NCBI GenBank assembly: GCA_025594325.1
Contig: JANHCV010000001.1
Coordinates: 2,976,001 to 3,040,000, forward strand
Reading direction: 5' to 3'
DNA: 64,000 nt
From: Blastocladiella emersonii ATCC 22665
Taxonomy: Eukaryota; Fungi; Blastocladiomycota
Made by a program: the position numbers and the translations under genes. The notes under the pieces are model-generated. The model was not told where the DNA came from and searched no databases. It worked only from the letters and a program-made list of their open reading frames with translations. This document shows, piece by piece, positions 26,349 through 40,013 of the stretch; position 1 is the first letter of the stretch; each line of letters begins with the position of its first letter.

Positions 26349-26645
26349 GGACACGTTGCGCAATTCGGGCCTCCCCCCGAATCTTGAAAGGCTGGCGCGT
26401 CCACGCGACCTGCGCCGCCGCCAGCTTGCGGGCGCCGCCGCGACCTGCCACCCATTTCGCCGCGCGCCGCATCCGGCCGACGCGCGGAAGCGAGGCCTGA
26501 AAGTTCGGCCCTCGCTTTGCGGGGAGTCGCGAGTGCAGCGCTCGTCGAGAGGCGTGGCAGGTCGCTTGCGTTGCGGTTCGGCGCGTCGCGTGACGCGCCC
26601 AGCCATTCAGGATTCGGGGGGAGGCCCGAATTGCGCAACGTGTCC
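26349..26645. mobile_element. Non-autonomous foldback/MITE-like element, 297 bp, with ~60-bp imperfect TIRs and a 3-bp AAT direct repeat on both flanks
   Basis: Left end GGACACGTTGCGCAATTCGGGCCTCCCCCCGAATC (from 26349) is the exact reverse complement of the right end finishing at 26645. The match continues with a few mismatches to about 60 bp. AAT at 26346-26348 and 26646-26648. Inner IR GCGACCTGCCAC at 26440-26451 / 26554-26565. No coding capacity recognised. Confidence 0.8.
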
Positions 26646-26831
26646 AATGGCACCTATGAGGAGGTGTAGATTCACCCACGACTCGCGCGACACGGAGAAG
26701 CGAAAGGATCGACGCGGAAAACGTGGAACAGCCGGCGTTCACGCGTCGCGCCACCTCACACGTGCCGGGCGCTTCGCGTCTCAAACGGGCGCCTCGGTGC
26801 GCGCTTCGACTTGCTTGACGCCCGCTGTCAG

Positions 26832-28189
26832 CCAAGCCGGGCGCCTACTCGCACGTGCCGAGCATCCGGTCGTGGACGATGCGCGCCGACTGGGTCGTGC
26901 CGCCGACCATCGACAGCGACCGCGTCGTGCTCTTTGTCCACGGCGGCGCGTTTCTCTTCGGCAGCAAGGCCGCGTACACGCCCATCGCTGCTCAGCTGGC
27001 CGCGCTGTGTCGCCGTCGCTTCTTCAACGTGTACGCCCACTCTCTCCTTTCTCCTTCGCGTTCGTTCGCAAGACGCTGACGTGACGCTCCACGAAGGGAA
27101 TACCGACTCGCGCCCGAGCACGTCTTCCCCGACGCGGTCCACGACGTCGCGTCGGCGTACCTCTACCTCCTGTACGTCGAGCAGATCCCCGCGTCCCGCA
27201 TCGTGTTCATGGGCGACTCTGCCGGCGGCAATCTCGTGTTCTCCGCGACCGTCTTCCTGCGCGAGCAGGGCCACCCGATGCCCGCGGGCGTGGTCGGCAT
27301 CTCGCCGTGGACGGACTTGACGTTCAAGAACCCGAGCGCGTACGACAACCCGTACGACGTGGTCGTGTCTCCGTCCGAGTCGAGTCTGGGCAACGGGCCC
27401 GACGGCGTGGGCGCGTACGACTACTACGTCGGCCGCGACCAGCACGGGCCAGAGACGGTGCGCATCGCGGCCACGCACCACATGGTCAGCCCGGTCCTCG
27501 ACCGCGGCAGCGCGCGTGTCCCGTGGCCGCCCGTGTACCTGTCGACGGGCACCGACGAGCGGCTGCTGGACGACAACGTGCGGTTCGCGGCCAAGCTCGC
27601 GCGGTTCGTCGACCACGGCCGCGCCTCGGTCGTGGTGCACGATCTCTTCGTCGACCAGCCTCACGTGTTCCCGCTCGTCGCGATCGGGCACCCCGACACG
27701 CGGCGCGTGCACCAGCGGATCGTGTCGTTCCTGACCGAGGTCGCCGACGTCAAGTCGACGCGCCCGCCGCACCGCGTCGAGGTGTCGCTGTTTGCCGACG
27801 GCCGCCTGCTCACGCGCGACGCGGCCCGCGTCTGGGGCCCGCGGTGGGCGGGGATCGCGCACGAGCACGGGCTCGACTGGACGCCGAGCTACGCGCGCGC
27901 GTCCGCGGGGCAGGTGTTGAGCGATCCGCCGAAGCTTGACTCGCTCGCGGCCGCCGCGGCGGCAGCGACGGACGGGGACGCGGCGGCGGCGGCCATGGTT
28001 GCCGAGATCGACCAGATCCCGCCCACGATCAGCAAGGCGGACCAGCACCGGCTGGCACTGCTCCGCCAGCAGTCGTTGGCGGATCTCAAGAAGGCCGTGG
28101 CCGCGGTGCAGCGGACCTCGTCGATGCGGCTGCGCGCGAAGCAGTCGCAGGCGCTGCCACCGCTACCCGTCCCGCCGCCCAAGGATTGA
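26832..28189 (+). CDS. Alpha/beta hydrolase (HSL/Abhydrolase_3 family esterase). 5' end unresolved; intron 27031-27096
   Basis: VVLFVHGGAF, EYRLAPEHVFPDAVHDV, IVFMGDSAGGNL, GVVGISPWTDLT, and HVFP catalytic His region. In-frame TGA at 26816 upstream, so the first exon lies behind the acceptor at 26830-26831. Confidence 0.85.
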
Positions 28190-28218
28190 ATGAGGAAAAA
28201 ATATATAACGTGTGAAGC

Positions 28219-30027
28219 TTAGCTGTCCTCCTCGGGGATTCCGTTGTACCAGTTCCGCCGGACCATCTTGGCAGCGTGCAGCTGGCTCGCGTCGCCCTCG
28301 CGGCTACGAGCGAGGAGGAGAGAGCACGGGTCAGTTATCGCCACGCTCCGCGATCGCACGGTCGACGTACTCTTCGAAGCTGCGGCGCTTGCGCAGGTGC
28401 ACGGGCGTGGTGTCGACGGTCGGCGGGATGTTGTGCAGCCGTGATGGCGAGGCCTGGCTGCCGATGGCGTGGAGCAGCGGCTCGATGGCCTTGCGGAAGG
28501 CGGCCTGGATGTGCTTGGACTTGTCCGAGTCGGTCGCGTACACGCGGACGATCGACTCGCAGAAGGAGCGCGGGACGAGGTGCGACGCCTCCGTGTCCTT
28601 GAGCGGCACCTTGCGCTCAAGGTCTACACGGCCGTCAGTCAGTGAGGGCCGCGGGCGTGAGGAGAGCGGAGAGCGGAGAGCGCACCGTATTTGCCGTAGA
28701 AGCTGATGGACGAGACCGGGTCGCGGTCCTTCATGCCGTAGTGGATCGTGCAGATGTCGACGCGCACGTCGTCCTCGCTGAGGCGCGCCGACGCGCCGGC
28801 GGCGGCTGCAATGTACGCGGGCGTGAGCTTGTCGCGCAGGAACTTGGTGTGCGAGTACTCGACAATGACCTCGTCGACAAACTTGTAAATGTCGCGGACG
28901 CGCAGGCGGCGCAAAATGTCGCGCGATTTGGCGAGGGCGGGATCGCTCGAAAATTCGATGTCGCGGAGCACGCCGTCGGTCATGCGCAGGTACAGGTCCG
29001 GGTCGCGGATGGCCTCGTCGAACCGCATCACGTCGTTGGCCTTGACGAGGGCGTCGGTCACCATCATCTCGATGGCGTTGCACGTCTTGTGCGTGTAGAT
29101 GCGCTTGAACAGCGAGTAGCGCGTGTGGAACAGCTCGTAGAAGTTGAAGGCCTCCTTGACCTGGTAGCACACCTCGTCGCCGATCACGCGGCAGTTCTTC
29201 ATGAGCCGGTCCGGGTCGTAGCTCGACTTGAGCCCGACGTTGAGGCAGTCGCGCACCAGGTAGTCGAACTTGTCCACGTCGACCGAGTTCTGCTTGTTGG
29301 CGACCACCTGGTACAGGAACTTGCGCTCGCTCGTCTGCGGCGTGCCGTCGATCAGCGCGTTGATGAAGCGCATCTGGTCCGTCGAGATCTCGATGCCGTT
29401 CTCGTCGACCAGCTTCTCAAACATCATGCGCGACGCGTCCTCGTGCGTCCAGCCGGTCTCGCCCTTCCTACACGGCGATGCGGCGAGGGGTGAATATGGG
29501 TTACGGGATCGCGGGGAGCGCGTAGAGAGAAAGCGTACATGATGGCGGGCATGACGCAGCTGTCGAAAACGTGCGAGAACGGCCCGTGTCCGAGGTCGTG
29601 GCACAGTCCCGCGAGGCGCACGGACTCGACCTCCTCGCGCGTGATGTCGAGGCCGGGCTGCTGCGTGCGGATGTGACCAATCATCTCGGACGCGAGATGG
29701 CCCACGCCTACACTCCCGGACACCGTGTAAGCGTTTGATCGGCGAGGCGGGGATCGCGTAGCGGTCACACGCGCAGTGTGAGGGTCGTACCAAGCGAGTG
29801 CTCGAACCGGTGGTGGCTCGCACCCGGGAAGACGTAGTAAGCGGTCCCGAGCTGCTTGAGCTCGCTAGAGGGTGGTGGGGCGTGAGCTGGTGGGGTCTCC
29901 ACAGAGATCCCAAGATGCAGCGACCGCACCGGAGCCGCTGGAACTGCGGCGTATCGATAACGCTCCACGACAGCTCGTCGAACGAGATGCCGCCGTGGCA
30001 CGGGTCGTGCACCATGCGCTCGGCCAT
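28219..30027 (-). CDS. SAMHD1-like HD-domain dNTP triphosphohydrolase (no SAM domain), about 6 exons
   Basis: [96 protein letters not shown]. Final exon 28303-28219 in frame after a GTACGT intron. Confidence 0.9.
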
Positions 30028-30415
30028 GATTGCAAGAAGTAGCGCGTGTCGTAGAGTGGCTGGCGGGAATGGAGTCAAGTCTGCCCGGGGAGGCGAGTCG
30101 GTCACTTTGCGCCGGGTGCGGCGACACGATTCATTGATTCACGGTGATGATGTGCTTACCTCAGAGAAGGGATGGGCCGGGAGGTCGGCGGGGATGGGAC
30201 GCGCGGCACTGCGGCGCAGGCCGAGCTCGGCGTCCCGTGCCGTGAGATGGACGTGATCGGTGCGAGACGCGCCCGAGGTGCGAGACACGGCCGCCCCTTC
30301 GCGCGACTGAAGAGGAAGCGAGTAGAGGAGTCAAAGCACTGTTTTTTGCGAAGATGAGTGGGAAATGGAACAAAACGACTCGAGTCTGATCTGATGACCG
30401 CGTCCGGCGCGGCGT

Positions 30416-31965
30416 CTAGACCTGCACATTCGGCGAGGACGACGACGGTCCCGCGTCAGCGGCCGCCGGCGGCGGGCCCTGGCACACGCCGCCCTGGCAG
30501 ATGCTCGACTTGCAGTGTACGTTGCGCTCGATGCCGCGCGTCGTCTCGAGCTGGATCGTCGTGTGGTGCACCGCGTACTTTGAGCACACGAGGTTCTGGG
30601 CCGCCTCGAGCACCGCGTCGTACTCGTGGATGAGGATATCCTCGGGCACCTCGATGTGGACGGCGAGCGCGGCCTTGCCCATGGTCAGCGTCCAGATGTG
30701 CAGGTCGTGCACCGTGAGCACGTTCGGGATGCGCGCCAGGTCGGCCTCGACGGCGTGCGGGTCAATGTGCGCGGGCGTGCCCTCCATGAGGACGCCGATG
30801 CTGTCGCGGATCAGGCCCACGGTCGTGCCCATGACGATGAAAGAGAAAATGAAGGTGCAGATCGGGTCAACAATGACGAGGTCCGGGCGCCAGGTGATGA
30901 TGGCGGCGGCAATCAAGACGCCCACCGACAGCGCCGTGTCGCCGAGAACGTGGATGAAGGCCGCGTTGAGATTGATGTTCTACGGGTGACGCAGGGAGTG
31001 AGACCGGGGATCGGCGAGTGAGACAGGGGAGGGGGACGTACGTGGTGATGGTGGTGGTGGTGACCGCCCGCCTCCTCGTCGCCGTGCGAGTGGCCATGAT
31101 GCCCGTGCGAGTGGCCGTGGCCGTGGCCATGGTCATGGCCGTGGCCGAGAGCGAAGATCAGGCTAGAGAAGGCACCAGACAGTCAGTATCCGCAAATAGC
31201 CTGACGAGCCGCTGCACGCAAAGCTGCACGCAACGCGACGTACATGAGGTTGACGACGAGCCCCATCGCGGCGGTCCCGAGCATGACGCGGCCGTTAATC
31301 GGCAGCGGGTTGCGCAGGCGGTCGATGGCCTCGACGACGAGGAACGCCGTCACGACCCAGATCAGAAGGATCGAGATGATGGCACCCAGCACCTCTGCGC
31401 GATGAAAACCGAAGGAGTGCTCCTTGGTCGCCTTGCGCCGCGCGAGGTAGATGGCGGCCAGCGAGATGAGGAACCCGGACAGGTCGCTCAGAAGATGGAA
31501 GGAGTCCGCGTAGATGGCGAGCGACTGCGACAGGATGCCGCCGATGAGCTCGATAATAAAGAAAACGAAGCAGAGGCCCGAGGCGAGCCACAGCTTCCGC
31601 GTCGCCGCCGAGTCCGGGTCGGCCGCGCCGTGTCCGTGTCCGTGTCCGTGATGGTGGTGTGGGTGCCCGTGTGCGTGCGCGTGTCCCGACCCGTGCGAGT
31701 GGGCATGGTGCGAGTGCGAGTGGGAACGCGAGTGCGACACGGCAGCGGACGCTGACGACGACGCGCCTCCGTGGCGCGACTTGGTGTGGTGCGCGTGGCC
31801 GTGGTGCGACTTGTCGCACGCCTCGTCGTCGGAGCTCGACGTCGGGAGCGCCGAGTCGTAGCGGGGCGCCTCGGCGCCGTGCGGGGCGAGCAGCGGGGCG
31901 CGCTCGCCTGCCGCAGCGGCGGCTGGGGCGGCAGTCGGCCGCGCATTGGATGTTCTCGATGCCAT
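30416..31965 (-). CDS. CDF-family zinc transporter (ZnT2/SLC30A2-like). Exons 31965-31244, 31162-31042, 30979-30416
   Basis: FFIIELIGGILSQSLAIYADSFHLLSD, HSFGFHRAEVLGA, His-rich loop, NLNAAFIHVLGD, VDPICTFIFS, LMEGTP, VHDLHIWTL, HHTTIQLE. Confidence 0.93.
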
Positions 31966-32218
31966 GGTCACTAGGTTCGAAGAGTCGCTTCGTTGAGGGA
32001 GAGGGAGCAGGTCGGAGGGGCTCAGCCGCTGCAGCTTTATCGCGGTCGCGACCGCCGCGGAGGTCGCTCGCTGACCGTCAAGGTCCTCTCCGTCTCCCGT
32101 CCCTTCTCCCTCGAATTCGCGAATAGACCTTTCCGACCGCCCCTACTGTGTGGCTGAAACGCCACCACGTGAGCCGATTCCCCGTGCGATGCGGTGCGGG
32201 TTTTCCCCCCAGCGCCGC

Positions 32219-33018
32219 TCACATGATGACACCGCCCGGGCACAAGCCTCGGCCTGGGGGGACAGTCGGAAAGGTGAATTCACGTCCCATGCATGCAAAA
32301 ATAGTCTTGCTCTTTGTCCTCACCAAAAAGTCGGCCATGGGCACCCGCAACTCGCCCGTGACGGGCGCGAGGGTCGGGAGGTGCACGGCGAGGGCCTTCT
32401 GCAGGAACTGGAGCGTGCTTGCCTCGGTCGCCGACGTGAACGTGGTCGGGAGGTTGTAGGACATCTTGCGCGCGAGCGCATCGTTCTTCCCGAACAGCGC
32501 GTCGGGTTGATCTTGCGCGGCAGCTTCATGCGCGACAGCGCCGGGACCGACCCGCTCGACGCCGGCTCGTCGGCGCCCGTTGCGAGTGCCGCGAGCGAGT
32601 CGGACGACTGCAGCGTCGGGAGCGAGTCCGAAACGCTGCCGGCGATGCCACCGTTGACACCGCTGCCCGTCTTGCGCTTCTTCCAGTGGATGGCGATGGC
32701 GTCGCGCATGATCTGCGCGAGGTTGGTGACCGCCGGGACCCGCTCCTTTTTGAGGCCGAGCACGCTGTGCGGCGACGACAGGAGCTCGACGGCGAGCTGG
32801 CGTTCGGCCAAGGCGCGGAACCCGTCGAGGAACCCGTCGAGGAACCCGTCGACCATGACGGCAAAGTTGAACTCGCTGGGCGTCTTGTCGGCGACCGTCG
32901 GGTCGCGCGGCAGCGTGCGTGCGTCGACGGCGAGCCCCTGCGACCGCTCGAGGACGTGCCACACGCGCACGTAGAACCGCTTGGGCACGCGGTTGAGCGC
33001 GCCGTTGTTCTTGCGCCT
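32219..33018 (-). pseudogene. 5'-truncated, frameshifted C-terminal fragment of a phosphorylase kinase regulatory subunit (PHKA/PHKB, GH15-like) homolog
   Basis: RRKNNGALNRVPKRFYVRVWHVLERSQGL...DKTPSEFNFAVMVDGFL...ERQLAVELL matches the PHKA pattern GALNRVPxxFYxxVWxVLxxxxGL...MTPGEIKF...YRQLLVE. No upstream gene body. The reading frame shifts near 32505 (KINP / PDALFGKNDALARKM). Homology fades below about 32380. Confidence 0.75.
32818..32852. repeat. About three tandem copies of the 12-bp unit GAACCCGTCGAG
   Basis: Seen directly; gives DGFLDGFLDGF in the PhK-like fragment. Confidence 0.85.
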
Positions 33019-33032
33019 TGGATCGAGGGGGC

Positions 33033-33440
33033 CAGGCGCACAAGGACCTCGAGGGCCTGACCATGGACCGCGAGGTGCGCAAGCTGCGCGACGAGTTGTC
33101 CTTCAAGCTGGCCGAGAAGTGGTACAACGGCTTCCACTTCGCGCCCGAGACCAAGGTCATGCTCGACGCCATCGCCAGCACCCAGGGCAACATCTCGGGC
33201 CGCGTCCGCCTCAACCTCCGCCAGGGCTGCGTCACGATCCTCGGCCGCAAGGCGCTCCACCCCAAGACGTGCCTGTACAACGCCGAGCTCGCGTCCATGG
33301 ACTCGTCGCTGTCGGACGCCGGCGCCGGCGCCTGGAGCTTCAACCCGCAGGACTCGGAGGGCTTCATCAAGATCCTGTCGATGCGCATCCGCTTGTGGTC
33401 GGCGCAGCAGAAGGCCGCGCAGCAGGGCAAGCAGTCGTAG
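33033..33440 (+). pseudogene. ARG1: 5'-truncated C-terminal fragment (last ~135 aa) of argininosuccinate synthase; ORF intact from in-frame ATG at 33063
   Basis: QAHKDLEGLTMDREVRKLRDEL...WYNGFHFAPE...GRVRLNLRQGCVTILGR...LYNAELASMD...FNPQDSEGFIKI matches the ASS C-terminus. The N-terminal nucleotide-binding domain (LAYSGGLDT) is absent from the window. Confidence 0.88.
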
Positions 33441-34537
33441 CCGGTCGAGCTGGTCGGTAGGTTGGAAGTAGTCGTATATACATGCACAGTTATCCCCCTC
33501 ACTCGTCTGCCTCTTCCTGCCCCCCTACATCATTGAAGTGTGAGTGTCGGTGATCTGGCCGTTTTCAGCGGACGGGGTAAACAGGCGGTGAAGAAGTCGC
33601 ACTGCGCATCGGCACCAACGCTAACGGCCGCGCACACACCCATTGCGTGCACCCGCGGCGCCAACTTGGTCACGACGCGCGACGCGCTTGGCTCACCGTG
33701 TCGGCACAAAACGGTGGCGGCGGTCCGCGGAACACGGTCGACCACTCGGCGCGTGCCGCCTCATCATCCAGCTTCGGTGTTGGTGGGCGTCGGATGCTGC
33801 TCTGGTGGAGAAGAAGCCGTTGACGGCAATGGGCGGGCGAGGAGCGCTGTGAGCGACGATTGCCTCTTGGCCGGGATCGATAGTGGTGGTCGCGAAGCAA
33901 GCGACTTCAAGGACGCGCGAGCCGTCTTTTTCAAGTTCTCCTCGGCCGCCGCAATGCGGTCCGTCCGTCAATGGCCGCTTGTTGACCGCCGTGGCCACTA
34001 CGGCCGCCGGGCCTTTATCGTGGCCTGCTTGCCGCGACTCGCAAACTCAGGCGGGCGCTTCGCACTCAGCGCGCCAACCATTCCCGTTATCGTGATGACA
34101 CTTTCAAGGCCGAATACGTCAAGCAGCGAGCAGGACGCGTTGATGGACGCGTCGCGATGTCACGTGCGCTTGAACTTCACGTGCAGGTGTCTCGCGCGGC
34201 TGCAGCGGGAGTGCCGCCGTGCCCCACTTAGGCGATGGCGCGCGCCTGAAAACAGCCCCGCACTGAGTCGAGTGAGCTAGAACACGTAGGACCCCGGACC
34301 CCCGCAAGGTCCCGCCGCCTGCGTTGCGTCGGAGCGCTTAGCTTTTGCTTCGAGCCCCGCTCCACCTTTTTTGCGCCGAATATTCGACGTGTGCTCTGCT
34401 TGGAGATCAAAGTGCTTGGAACGAGAAGCGGCATTCGCGACGATTATTCAATCAGTTGAGCAGAACAGCGATAGGTATAGTGAGTGCGAGTCGGGGAGGG
34501 AGGAATACAGAATGATGGCGGTGTTGATCGGGACGGA

Positions 34538-39465
<4,928 letters not shown>

Positions 39466-39683
39466 GGCGGCAGTGGCAACGAGGTCGATCACGTCGAGCG
39501 ATTACAGAGCAATATGCGGGTGGTTGATTGTCGACGCAAGGAGAGCGGGGACGAGTGAGGGAGAGAGGGCGAGCTGGGAACTCTGCTGCCGGGTAAAGAG
39601 GCGGGACGCGACTCGCGCGACTCGAGCGACCACGGGAAATCTGCGCGATAAGATGGCGACGCCGTTGCACAGAGTCGGTACGT

Positions 39684-39921
39684 CGATCGGATGACGGCAG
39701 GGGGGCTAAGTCCCCCTGATGACGGGTGAGTCGGCACGGGTTGACGCGACTGACGGCAGCACACGTGCGCGCAGCTGACGCGTTGCAGGACGCGTTTTAC
39801 GAGTGTCTCGCGGGCCGATCGGCGGCGCGTGTCTCGCGGGCGGCGGCCCCGATCGAGTCCTCGCCTGCCCCAGTCCACTAAGCCGTTCACCACCACCACC
39901 GCCATGCATTACCTCGATCGA
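39684..39921. promoter_or_regulatory. Cluster of four CGATCG palindromes in the divergent ABCC/photolyase promoter (candidate light-response elements)
   Basis: CGATCG at 39684, 39816, 39850 and 39915. Similarity to the Neurospora WCC GATCGA motif is inference. Confidence 0.35.
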
Positions 39922-40013
39922 CTCCTCGTCCATCGCCGGCCTGCTCGCGCTCTATATAGGTCACGGCCCGCCGCCCTTCCTCCTCCCTAGCGACCATACT
40001 CCCGCTCTCTGCC

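Noticed and set aside
31000-31810. GTGTCC/GTGGCC/GTGCGA short repeats
   Set aside because: They simply encode the His-rich loops typical of CDF zinc transporters.
32127-32275. 11-bp inverted repeat ACCTTTCCGAC / GTCGGAAAGGT left of the PhK fragment
   Set aside because: Too short, with no TSD, and it does not bracket the captured fragments. It could be chance or a very old MITE remnant.
33693-33998. VACFATTTIDPGQEAIVAH resembling a SET-domain motif
   Set aside because: Lacks the NHS and ELxxDY motifs; only a few residues match.
34255-34285. CTAG preceded by a weak stem, a possible Helitron 3' end
   Set aside because: The stem is only about 4 bp and CTAG is followed by A, not the expected T.
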